A stretch of 19,628 nt of DNA. Source: an uncultured bacterium. GTDB lineage: Bacteria; JAJVIF01; JAPKYR01. The notes under the pieces are model-generated. The model was not told the DNA's origin. It made no database searches and saw nothing but the letters and a program-made list of their open reading frames with translations. A program made the translations under genes and the position numbers. The stretch spans positions 1-19,628 of the forward strand of contig CBDURU010000066.1 of the NCBI GenBank assembly GCA_965369865.1. Direction: 5' to 3'. The first letter of the stretch is position 1; each line of letters begins with the position of its first letter. Below, piece after piece: positions 1-8,555 of the stretch.

Positions 1-55
1 CGATCGTCCCGATGTTTACATGCGGCTTCGTTCTCTCAAATTTTTTCTTAGCCAT
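1..55 (-). CDS. tuf: Elongation factor Tu, 5' end only (runs off the window)
   Basis: Not in the ORF track. The reverse complement from ATG at 55 reads MAKKKFERTKPHVNIGTI, the canonical EF-Tu N-terminus. AAGGAG SD upstream; lies directly downstream of fusA. Confidence 0.96.
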   Translation of the reverse strand, partial: MAKKKFERTKPHVNIGTI

Positions 56-145
56 CGCCCTTGGCTCTCCTTCAACACAAATTTTCTTTTTTTTATATCG
101 TGTTGAAACTTTCAGCTTTTATTTTTCAAACGTGATTGCGACGCA

Positions 146-2260
146 TTATTTTCCAGTATTCACCTTTTCGAGCTGACTGATTTCAGCCATCACATCATCG
201 TAGAACGGGATGATTGTCCTCGCCTGATTTTCAGGCACCGGACGATATTCCGCGAATTCAGCCACTGAGGTTGCTCTTCCCTGGGAATTCGATCTCAGGT
301 GAGTGGCATAACCGAACAACTGTCTCAGGGGGACTCTTGCCACTATGTTAACAATACCGTCACCCCTGGTTTCCACACGCCCGATCAGTCCCTGCCGGCT
401 GCTCAAATCGCCATTGATAGACCCAAGGTACACCTCAGGTGTTTCAATATCCACTTTCATTACCGGTTCCAGAAGGATCGGATGAGCAAGCTTGCAGACT
501 TTCTCAATGGTTTTCGAACTCGCGATCTCAAACGCTAGATCGCTTGAATCAACTGGATGGAAACTCCCGTCAACAAGAACGACTTTCAAGTCAATCGCTG
601 GATATCCGGCAAGGATTCCACTCTGAAGCTTGTTTCGTACGCCTTTTTCAATGGCTTTGTGAAATTCCTTCGGAACCTTGTCGCCGCCAACTCGCGATTC
701 GAATTCTATTCCGGACCCGGGTTTCAGGGGCTCGACCTGGAACACGACTTCAGCATACATTCCTCGACCGCCGGTCTGGTGAGCGTATTTTTCTCCCATT
801 CTGACCTTCGCGGTTATGGTCTCCTTGTAGGCAACCTGTGGGTTCCCGACCTGGGCTTCCACGTTGAATTCTCTCAACAACCGGTCAACAATGATATCCA
901 GATGCAATTCCCCCATGCCGCTGATTACTGTCTGGCCTGTTTCCTCCATTATGGCAGTCTTGAATGTCGGGTCCTCGTCGGCGAGTTTCCGTAAGGATGA
1001 ATGGAGCTTCTCGCTTTCCGCCTGGCTTCTGGGTTCGATCGCGATCGTAATTACCGGCTCGGGAAGGTAGATACTCTCAAGTGCTATCTGGTCCTTTTGA
1101 TCGCAGAGAGTATCCCCGGTTGTCGTTAGTTTCAGCCCGACAAAAGCAGCGAGTTCTCCAGCCCTGATAAGGTCTACAGGTTCACGCTTATTAGCATGCA
1201 TTTTCAGGATATTATTCACTCTTTCACGCTTTTTAAGCCTTGGATTCATCGCAATCTTACCCTTCTCAAGGGTTCCCGAGTAAACCCGTACATAGACAAG
1301 CCGTCCAACGTGCGGATCTGTCGCAACCTTGAATGCGAGTGCCGCAAACGGGGCGTCCGGATCCGCTTCACGGGTTTCGGGTTTCTCCGTGTGGGGATGA
1401 ATTCCCTCGACTGGCGGGACATCCAGCGGGCTTGGACAGTAATCCACGACCGCATCAAGGAGGTCCTGGATTCCCTTGTTCCTGAACGCGCTTCCGCAGA
1501 GGACGGGCGTGAAGGTCCCATCAATGGTTCCTTTACGGATCGCTGCCTTGAGCGTTTCTTCCTGAACCCCACCATCGAAAAACTCCTTCATTAAATTCTC
1601 GGAGATTTCGCTGACACGGTCGATCAGTTTCTCGCGCCATTCCTCAGCCACGTCAATAAGGTCCGGGGGAATCGGTCCCTTCTCGATCTCAAGTCCAGCC
1701 GTATCGACCCAGCGATGGGCTTCCATCCCGATAAGGTCGATTACCCCTTCGAAATTCACCTCGCTTCCGATCGGAAGCTGAATTACGAGTGGTTTTCCGT
1801 GCAGACGTTCGGTAATTTCTTCGACAACGCCGAAGAAATTCGCGCCGACCCGGTCCATTTTATTTACGAAACAGAGCCGGGGGACGTTGTACCGGTCGGC
1901 CTGGCGCCAGACAGTCTCGCTCTGGGACTGAACACATCCAACTGCGCAGAAAACCGCGATAACACTGTCAAGCACCCTCATCGACCGCTCGACCTCCATC
2001 GTGAAATCGACGTGGCCGGGGGTGTCGATGATATTTATACGGTACTTGTTCCACTCGCAGTAGGTGACAGCGGACGTGATAGTGATTCCGCGTTCCCGTT
2101 CCTGGACCATCCAGTCAGTGGTTGTAGTGCCATTATGAACCTCGCCCACCTTATGTATCCTGTGCGAATAAAACAGGATACGCTCAGTGACCGTGGTTTT
2201 TCCAGCATCTACATGCGCCGCAATGCCAATGTTCCGAATCCTCGATAGATCGAATTTCAT
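146..2260 (-). CDS. fusA: Elongation factor G (704 aa)
   Basis: AHVDAGKTT, ERERGITI, DTPGHVDF, NKMD, GMGELHL and HPVDSS motifs; str operon position. Start moved from 2302 to ATG 2260 (MKFDLSRIRNIG), which follows a GGAGG SD. Confidence 0.97.
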   Translation of the reverse strand: MKFDLSRIRNIGIAAHVDAGKTTVTERILFYSHRIHKVGEVHNGTTTTDWMVQERERGITITSAVTYCEWNKYRINIIDTPGHVDFTMEVERSMRVLDSVIAVFCAVGCVQSQSETVWRQADRYNVPRLCFVNKMDRVGANFFGVVEEITERLHGKPLVIQLPIGSEVNFEGVIDLIGMEAHRWVDTAGLEIEKGPIPPDLIDVAEEWREKLIDRVSEISENLMKEFFDGGVQEETLKAAIRKGTIDGTFTPVLCGSAFRNKGIQDLLDAVVDYCPSPLDVPPVEGIHPHTEKPETREADPDAPFAALAFKVATDPHVGRLVYVRVYSGTLEKGKIAMNPRLKKRERVNNILKMHANKREPVDLIRAGELAAFVGLKLTTTGDTLCDQKDQIALESIYLPEPVITIAIEPRSQAESEKLHSSLRKLADEDPTFKTAIMEETGQTVISGMGELHLDIIVDRLLREFNVEAQVGNPQVAYKETITAKVRMGEKYAHQTGGRGMYAEVVFQVEPLKPGSGIEFESRVGGDKVPKEFHKAIEKGVRNKLQSGILAGYPAIDLKVVLVDGSFHPVDSSDLAFEIASSKTIEKVCKLAHPILLEPVMKVDIETPEVYLGSINGDLSSRQGLIGRVETRGDGIVNIVARVPLRQLFGYATHLRSNSQGRATSVAEFAEYRPVPENQARTIIPFYDDVMAEISQLEKVNTGK

Positions 2261-2404
2261 GTCGCACCTCCGACAAGTCACTGACGCCCCGTAGCGGGGC
2301 ATTTATCGGTGACTTTATCCTTCGGTGCAGTGATCATATCCAGGTTCTCCCCCCCTGTGATATATAAAAATAAATTTCTAAACTCTCTTTAACCCCACCC
2401 TGGT

Positions 2405-2872
2405 TTACACCCTGTAATGTGCGAACGCCCTGTTGGCTTCCGCCATCCTGTGGGTATCGTCTTTTTTCTTTACACTCTGACCGGTTCCAGCAGCGGCATC
2501 GATAAGCTCGAATGCCAGTTTTTCGCGCATCGGACGTCCCTTTCTCGAACGTGCATACTGAATAAGCCAGCGCATCGCATGTTCCATCTGCTTTTGAGCC
2601 TTGATATCGATTGGAATCTGGTAGGTCGAACCACCAACCCGCCGGCTCTTGACCTGTACATGAGGTCTTGCGTTTTCGAGCGCTTTCTTGAAGACCTCGA
2701 ATCCATCCTCACCGGTTTTTTCCTTAATGATTTCCATCGCGCCGTAGAATATACTCTCTGCGACCGATTTCTTCCCACGCCACATCAGCTTATTGATAAA
2801 ACGTGTGGTGTTCTTGTCGTTGTAAACCGGATCGGGAAGGATAATTCGTTTTGTTGGTTTTTTTCCTCTCAT
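2405..2872 (-). CDS. rpsG: 30S ribosomal protein S7
   Basis: PDPVY, GKKSVAE, SRRVGGSTYQIP and HRMAEANRAFAHYR motifs; lies between rpsL and fusA. Confidence 0.98.
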   Translation of the reverse strand: MRGKKPTKRIILPDPVYNDKNTTRFINKLMWRGKKSVAESIFYGAMEIIKEKTGEDGFEVFKKALENARPHVQVKSRRVGGSTYQIPIDIKAQKQMEHAMRWLIQYARSRKGRPMREKLAFELIDAAAGTGQSVKKKDDTHRMAEANRAFAHYRV

Positions 2873-2932
2873 GGCTTATCTTTAATCTTCGATCCCTTGT
2901 TTTCCTTGACAGATTTGGTAAAAATCTTCCAT

Positions 2933-3020
2933 AAAAAAAACCGGCTGTTAAATTCAATACCGGGCCGCGTAGTCAAGCGTAATTTGCGCTCATGGCGAAT
3001 CGTGGTTGGCATGCGGCCCC
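2933..3020. promoter_or_regulatory. Structured element in the 203-nt rpsL-rpsG spacer (multi-stem fold next to a hairpin with T8 on the minus strand)
   Basis: GGGCCGC (2962-2968) pairs with GCGGCCC (3013-3019) and encloses two inner stems. A CCGG...CCGG hairpin (2941-2963) is followed by 8 T on the minus strand. Confidence 0.45.
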
Positions 3021-3075
3021 TGCGACCCTTTATCGTTAATTATAGTTGAAGTCTATTCCTTGGTTATTTATTCTC

Positions 3076-3450
3076 CTAACTCTTAGGACGCTTGGTCCCG
3101 TATTTACTCCTCGACCGTTTTCTTCCTTCAACACCGGCAGTATCCAGGGTCCCTCTTAATATATGGTATCGAACTCCACCAAGGTCTTTCACTCGACCGC
3201 CCCGGATGAGGACCACCGAGTGCTCCTGGAGATTATGCCCGATACCTGGAATATAGGCTGTAACCTCAATTCCATTGGTCAGGCGAACACGTGCGACTTT
3301 TCTCAATGCCGAGTTCGGTTTCTTCGGCGTAACGGTCCAGACGCGAGTGCATACTCCACGTTTCTGCGGATTCGCTTTGAGGGCGGGCGCCTTATTTTTC
3401 TTAACAATCTTCTTGCGCCCAAATCGTACCAATTGATTAATAGTAGGCAT
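3076..3450 (-). CDS. rpsL: 30S ribosomal protein S12 (124 aa)
   Basis: MPTINQLVR start at ATG 3450; [18 protein letters not shown] and GGRVKDLxGVRY motifs. Confidence 0.98.
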   Translation of the reverse strand: MPTINQLVRFGRKKIVKKNKAPALKANPQKRGVCTRVWTVTPKKPNSALRKVARVRLTNGIEVTAYIPGIGHNLQEHSVVLIRGGRVKDLGGVRYHILRGTLDTAGVEGRKRSRSKYGTKRPKS

Positions 3451-3489
3451 AATACAACCATGTCGCGCCCAAAAAAGGCGCAAGGTGTA

Positions 3490-3517
3490 ATTCTAACACA
3501 CTGAGATAGTATGTCAA
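3490..3517 (-). promoter_or_regulatory. Sigma70-type promoter of the str operon
   Basis: Minus strand reads TTGACA-N16-TAGAAT with a TGn extended -10, about 40 nt upstream of the rpsL ATG. Confidence 0.75.
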
Positions 3518-3708
3518 GGCTAAGATATTAAAAGCATTGAAAATCAGGGCAAAAATCCAGGTTTTTGGATATTCAGGCGTATTTTCGAGGGCAAAATGGC
3601 TTTTTTAATGAAAATTTCCATTGGATCGTGAAATGCACCTGCCATCAGTACCCAACCAGCCTGCAACCCCATTTTTCATGTATAATCATCCTCACCTTAG
3701 GCTTTGCT

Positions 3709-4917
3709 TTGAAAATCGGAATTATTACATCATGGATGAGGCTTGGATGGGGAGTCGATCTTACCCTCCACCTGACCGCAAGCGCGCTGACATCGCTCGG
3801 CCACGAGATACGCCTGTATGCCGGTAATCATGACGGGTCTTTCGCGAATGCCCCATACGAGCTGATCCATAAACCGGTCGTGCCCCACAGGCTTTTCCCG
3901 CGATTCGAATGGCGCGCCCGTCGCTATATCAGCTATTTCAACGATGAGCCGAATGAAGTTTACCTGATCGCAACTCAACCGTACTTTTACTATCCCTGGT
4001 TCCTCGATGCCCCATGTGTGAATTATGAATTCGGGATTGTTCCCACGACCGGGTTCTCGTGGCGAAAGAAAATGCTATGGAGCTACATGCGATTCACCCA
4101 GTTCCACATGTACCATCCTGGGGCGAAAGCGCTTGTGTCGAACTCGGAATTCACCAGGAGCGCACTTCCATGGCATGTAAAACGAAAAACACTGGCTATT
4201 TACCATGGTGTCGAACACTACAATCCGCATCATCCCGATCACAACAAGCTGTTCCCGTCACCACTTCTGACTCCTCATCCAACCGATCCATCCAAACCGA
4301 CAGAAGTACCGGTCGATCGAAGGACAAACCAGGAACTCCGTGAAGAATTCCGAAGTCAGCACGGATTCAGCGATGATGACATCGTCTGCCTGTATGTCGG
4401 ACGGATAAATCCTGTAGATCAGCCTTACAAGGGGACGAAAGAACTTTTCGAACTGGCGCCGGGCTTGAAAACCGAATTTCCCAACATGAAATGGATCATG
4501 GTAGGGCTGGGCACCGAGAAGGATGGAGACTTATGCAGAAATGCCGGGATAATTCCGCTGTTAAACCATCCGGACTGGAAAATGCGCCAGGTTTTCGTTG
4601 GATGCGACATTTATGTAACAGCCAGCAAGTGGGAGGGATTCGACCTTCCCATACTCGAAGCGCAGTATTTCGGAAAACCGGTACTTGGATATCGCCTGGC
4701 CGCCCATCCGGAGGTTGTAAACGATGGCATTTCAGGTTTTTTGGTAAAGGATAAACAGGAATTCCGGCTGAAACTGCGAGAACTCCTGAGAGATAGCGGC
4801 CTTCGAAAACAAATGGGCGATGCGGGCATGGAATGGGCAAAGAGGTTCAACTGGATGGACTGCGCGAGGGAATTTGAGAAGTTGTTTGAAATGGTTATTT
4901 CAGAGTCACGGCTGTAA
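3709..4917 (+). CDS. Glycosyltransferase family 4 (GT-B fold)
   Basis: N-terminal (M)KIGIIT...GWGVD...LGHEI; YVGRI; EGFDLPILEA (EX7E); SGFLV; RKQMG...F.W C-terminus. TTG start at 3709 is supported by TATAAT at 3681 and by the paralogous remnant starting MNIGII at 5835. Confidence 0.9.
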   Translation: MKIGIITSWMRLGWGVDLTLHLTASALTSLGHEIRLYAGNHDGSFANAPYELIHKPVVPHRLFPRFEWRARRYISYFNDEPNEVYLIATQPYFYYPWFLDAPCVNYEFGIVPTTGFSWRKKMLWSYMRFTQFHMYHPGAKALVSNSEFTRSALPWHVKRKTLAIYHGVEHYNPHHPDHNKLFPSPLLTPHPTDPSKPTEVPVDRRTNQELREEFRSQHGFSDDDIVCLYVGRINPVDQPYKGTKELFELAPGLKTEFPNMKWIMVGLGTEKDGDLCRNAGIIPLLNHPDWKMRQVFVGCDIYVTASKWEGFDLPILEAQYFGKPVLGYRLAAHPEVVNDGISGFLVKDKQEFRLKLRELLRDSGLRKQMGDAGMEWAKRFNWMDCAREFEKLFEMVISESRL

Positions 4918-5011
4918 AGGAATTCGAAATCTTGCTATCGCAAATTGCGACCTCAAATTCATGGAGTGGTGGCCTGCTCCCTGAAAAAAGTACCAGTATG
5001 AGTTGTGGGCG

Positions 5012-5353
5012 TTATTCCATCTCTTCGAGGATTTTCCGAATCTGTTGGTCCAATTCGGGAAGTTTATTCTTGATGATATCCCAGATAACGTCCAGGTCAA
5101 TCCCGAAATACTCGTGGATCAGGACATCCCTTAAACCAGCAATTTTCCGCCAGGGAACTTCCGGATGTCGGTCCTGGACTTCTCGGGGGATTTTCTTCGC
5201 TGCTTCTCCTATTATTTCCAGGTCCCTGATAACAGCATTAAATGTCTTTCGATCAGTGCCAAACTCCTCCTGCGTGAAGCCCTCGGTCCATTCAAGAATT
5301 CTGCGAGCTGAGTCTGTCATGTCCTTGAGGTAAATCTTAAAGTTGCGGGACAT
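5012..5353 (-). CDS. HEPN ribonuclease toxin (DUF86/HepT-like)
   Basis: 113 aa; LEIIGEAA and [20 protein letters not shown] (RX4HXY HEPN motif); overlaps the upstream MNT gene by 17 nt. Confidence 0.93.
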   Translation of the reverse strand: MSRNFKIYLKDMTDSARRILEWTEGFTQEEFGTDRKTFNAVIRDLEIIGEAAKKIPREVQDRHPEVPWRKIAGLRDVLIHEYFGIDLDVIWDIIKNKLPELDQQIRKILEEME

Positions 5354-5636
5354 AAACCGTCTCCTTCAGGATTTCAGCCCGCAATTCAGGGCGGATGGCA
5401 TTAGTGGTAACCAGATCGATATGACAGTCGAAGAGATCCTCAAGAAAAAATTTCAAGTCCATGTAAGCATCAAAAGACTTGTATTCAAACTCCACGAGGA
5501 AATCAAGGTCGCTTGATTCCCCTTGCTCTCCCCTGGCGCAGGACCCGAACAATCCCAGGCGTTTCACACCGAATTTGCGGATTGCTTCGATATTCCGCTC
5601 AATTGTTTCAAATATGTAATCTCGCGTTTTTATCAT
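5337..5636 (-). CDS. Minimal nucleotidyltransferase antitoxin (MntA-like)
   Basis: 99 aa; LFGSCARGE...SDLDFLVEF (GSX10DXD); paired with the HEPN gene. TGcTATAAT extended -10 at 5651-5659. Confidence 0.93.
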   Translation of the reverse strand: MIKTRDYIFETIERNIEAIRKFGVKRLGLFGSCARGEQGESSDLDFLVEFEYKSFDAYMDLKFFLEDLFDCHIDLVTTNAIRPELRAEILKETVYVPQL

Positions 5637-5807
5637 GATAAATCCTTATTATTATAGCAGATACAGCGCTAACCACTACAAGCTTGAAAAAATAACCAAG
5701 TAACTAAAAGGTGAAGCGGTTAGGTTAAGTTATGTGCTTAGCGGACATCTACGTAAAAAACCCCGCTTGTGACTGGCACTCATTATTCTTAATCTAACCA
5801 AGCCCTG

Positions 5808-5935
5808 TTTCATGTATAATCACCACAAACCGCAATGAACATCGGAATCATCACATCATGGATGCGGCTTGGGTGGAGGGTTGACCTTACCTTCAATTGA
5901 TAGCAAGCGCCCTGAAGGTTCTGGGACATGAAATC
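5808..5935 (+). pseudogene. Frameshifted 5' fragment, with promoter, of a second allele of the GT4 gene
   Basis: ATG 5835 reads MNIGIITSWMRLGWRVDLT, then after a 1-nt deletion (L)QLIASALKVLGHEI. The intact gene reads KIGIITSWMRLGWGVDLTLHLTASALTSLGHEI. The 15-mer TTTCATGTATAATCA is identical at 5808-5822 and 3674-3688. Confidence 0.88.
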
Positions 5936-6041
5936 GATGGGTAGTGCGGGAAAGACCTGGGCTGCCAAGTTTTTCTGGATTAATACCGCAAATGGATTGA
6001 TTGAATTATTTGAGTCGGTTACGCAAGATCTCTAAAAATGA

Positions 6042-6851
6042 TTATCCAAAAGCGGCCTGATTAGATCCGCAACATGAACCATTGCTCGACGTATGCACAT
6101 CATCTTCTGTTTCGCCGGTGCCATGCGGATCATCTTCCATCGCACCATGGTCGTGAGGATCTTCGTCCGCTTCTTCAAAATAAGCCCGGAATGCTGCTTC
6201 GTGATCCGGGTTTGCAAATATCATTTCAGATTCCACGAGCAGACTCATCAGCCAGGATTCGAAACTTGCCTGGGCCTGAGTTGATCCTGGTTCTACAGAG
6301 AATTTTTCTGCGATAGCCAGTTCCAGCGAATCTCCAAGCAGTTCGCCCTCCCACATGGTTTTCATTCTTTCAATGGTAACACCGTTTTCTCTAAGAAATT
6401 CCAGCGCAGCTTCCTCAGATTCAAACTGCGAGAACCATTCCTCCTCCTTGGCGGCCAGTTCTTCAGGATCAGCCACAGCATCGAGTTCCTGAACTGCAAT
6501 TTCGTAGACCAGTTCATATGCACCGGAAACAAGCGCGAGAGTGAACGCTTCATCATCACCGGGCCCGCCGGATCCATGAGATGAATCATCCTCTATGAAA
6601 GTTGCCGCGGTGAAATCGATCCAGCCCTGCCCAACCCAGTTATCACCGAGGGTTATTACCGGTTCGCCCGACTTGATATCAGGCGCACTCTGCCCGTGCA
6701 TCATTCCCACGCCTTCCTGGTTGGCAGGCGGATTTGCCATGTGTGCCGGACCATCAGCGGGCCCTGACGGTCTGTTGGATATGATATAAACCGCAGCAAC
6801 ACAGACTATTATTATGATTACTATGTCTCGAATAGCTTTTGATTTATTCAT
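6042..6851 (-). CDS. Membrane-anchored acidic protein with a SurA-N-like helical core and His/Asp-rich segments ending in a Cys-Cys motif
   Basis: N-terminal TM (IVIIIIVCVAAVYII). The core FSQFESEEAALEFLRENGVTIERMK resembles SurA/PrsA N-domain helices. Tail DEDPHDHGAMEDDPHG...DDVH...SCCGS. GAGG SD; TGaTATAAT at 6901-6909. Confidence 0.6.
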   Translation of the reverse strand: MNKSKAIRDIVIIIIVCVAAVYIISNRPSGPADGPAHMANPPANQEGVGMMHGQSAPDIKSGEPVITLGDNWVGQGWIDFTAATFIEDDSSHGSGGPGDDEAFTLALVSGAYELVYEIAVQELDAVADPEELAAKEEEWFSQFESEEAALEFLRENGVTIERMKTMWEGELLGDSLELAIAEKFSVEPGSTQAQASFESWLMSLLVESEMIFANPDHEAAFRAYFEEADEDPHDHGAMEDDPHGTGETEDDVHTSSNGSCCGSNQAAFG

Positions 6852-6949
6852 TTTTTTTAACCTCTTGACTCATGTTACAATTTCTAAAATACAGCGGCAG
6901 ATTATATCACAGGATTCTCTGGATTTTTTTGTTTTCGGAATTGGGGAAT

Positions 6950-8542
6950 TCATTCCGCCTTACCTTCAATCTGCCCATTAATAATTGTTTCAACCAATTC
7001 AGGAAAATCGCTCCAGTTACCACCGACTGTAAATTTCGTTCTGTCTCCTGTCGAAGCTGTAAGTACGATTCGTCCCTGACGGAAGGGCCAGTAAAGCCCC
7101 ACTGTCAACCCGATTATCAGGAAAAATCCACCGAAATAGACAATCGGCACGCCCGGGTCATAGACAAAACTAAGTCCGGTCATTTCTGCAACATTAACAA
7201 GTGAAATCACAATACCATCGATAGTCACCGGTTCATTAATTGTGAGATAGCCAAGAGTTTCTGCTGAACTCCCGCCCATCGGGGACTGATAATAACTGAC
7301 AAGCCTGATCCTGTGAGGAATTTCTGTCTGTGTTCCATCCTCCGCTTCCCAGATACCTCCAACGATGTCCGAAAGCTGTACAACGAACATTGCTTCCATA
7401 CCGGGAAGTCTGAATGGCTGATTGAGCCATGACTCTACCAGTTCTGTCCGACCATCGGGAAGTGTTACGAAAATCGCGATCCTTGAATTTACAGAACTCT
7501 GGTAGTACCCGATCCCCTTGTAGCGGAGAGGGTAGTTAACTTCCACCTTACGATCCATGTGGACGGTCGCGTCCGAGTATTCTGTTAAATCCTCTCCGGG
7601 AGTGATTACTTTCAGGTGGCTGATATAATCCGACGGCTGGCCCATATATTCAGTTGGAAAACCGCTCACCGGATCTAACTCACCGAAATCCCTCTCCCTG
7701 TAAATATTTACATAATCCACAAGGTATATTATTTCTTCGTGGACAGGATCGAAATACCGTCCGGCCATTTGAGCTGATTCAGAATTTAAATAATCATCAC
7801 CAAGAATTTCTGTTTGTCCCTCTTCGATCCATAAATGTCCATCATATCCCAAAAACCTGTCATCCCCGATGATCCCACCGATGATAATTATCAACCATGC
7901 GGAATGGAAGGCGACTGATACCCACTGGCGGAAAGCGTTTTTCCTGATAAGGAACCAGAAATTTTTTCCTTCTTCTGACTCAGTGAACACTTCAAAACCA
8001 CGCTTCCTGAGTGATTTCTTGAGGCGCTCCCCGGTTTCAACCAGATCAATTTCAACGGCACCTTCGGAACTGTGTTCCAGAGCTTTTACACTCGACGCCT
8101 GGGCTTTCGGACGGATTAGTCTGAGGAGTTTCCGTGTGGCCTTGTATTTATCCCAGGCACAGAGCGCTGAAGATATCCCCAGCAGCAGGACAAGCGCGAT
8201 GTAATGCCCGGATTTGAAAATGTTGTAAAGTTGGAAAGGAACTACCAGCCCGTGATACAGAACCTCGCCAAAAGTGTTTATACCGTTTTCCGAATTAACA
8301 TGAAACAGGTTCGTGTACTGCATCCTGAACTCATCCAGATCGCCGGCGAGATGTTCCTGCGGAAGTATCGAACCTATCAGTGTGAAAACCGCGAGTAGAA
8401 TCAGTACCCATATCGCGAATTTGAGCGTCCGCACCAGCTTGATAACATCCAGGAGCGCTATTCCAATAAGGTCAAATAATCCATATCCGGTCTGGTCCGG
8501 TTTGCCCTTCGAATTGTTAGATTTGGTTTCGTTATCCGACAT
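6950..8542 (-). CDS. resB: Cytochrome c biogenesis protein ResB/CcsB (system II)
   Basis: LKFAIWVLILLAVFTLIGSILPQ, conserved TM His (FHSAWLIIIIGG), VEVNYPLRYKG..YQSS and C-terminal DPGVPIVYFG TM; adjacent to ccsA. Confidence 0.92.
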   Translation of the reverse strand: MSDNETKSNNSKGKPDQTGYGLFDLIGIALLDVIKLVRTLKFAIWVLILLAVFTLIGSILPQEHLAGDLDEFRMQYTNLFHVNSENGINTFGEVLYHGLVVPFQLYNIFKSGHYIALVLLLGISSALCAWDKYKATRKLLRLIRPKAQASSVKALEHSSEGAVEIDLVETGERLKKSLRKRGFEVFTESEEGKNFWFLIRKNAFRQWVSVAFHSAWLIIIIGGIIGDDRFLGYDGHLWIEEGQTEILGDDYLNSESAQMAGRYFDPVHEEIIYLVDYVNIYRERDFGELDPVSGFPTEYMGQPSDYISHLKVITPGEDLTEYSDATVHMDRKVEVNYPLRYKGIGYYQSSVNSRIAIFVTLPDGRTELVESWLNQPFRLPGMEAMFVVQLSDIVGGIWEAEDGTQTEIPHRIRLVSYYQSPMGGSSAETLGYLTINEPVTIDGIVISLVNVAEMTGLSFVYDPGVPIVYFGGFFLIIGLTVGLYWPFRQGRIVLTASTGDRTKFTVGGNWSDFPELVETIINGQIEGKAE

Positions 8543-8555
8543 AATGTATTCAAAC

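Noticed and set aside
2963..3020. tRNA or tRNA pseudogene in the rpsL-rpsG spacer
   Set aside because: It has an acceptor-like stem but no TTC T-loop, no proper D or anticodon arms, and is too short.
2417..3049. 210-aa plus-strand ORF and other antisense or nested ORFs over fusA, fdhA, ccs and the lipoprotein gene
   Set aside because: Shadow frames of well-supported genes, with no recognisable motifs.
3565..3708. N-terminal extension of the GT4 ORF
   Set aside because: It covers the promoter (TATAAT at 3681). The family N-terminus and the paralogous remnant both point to a start at 3709.
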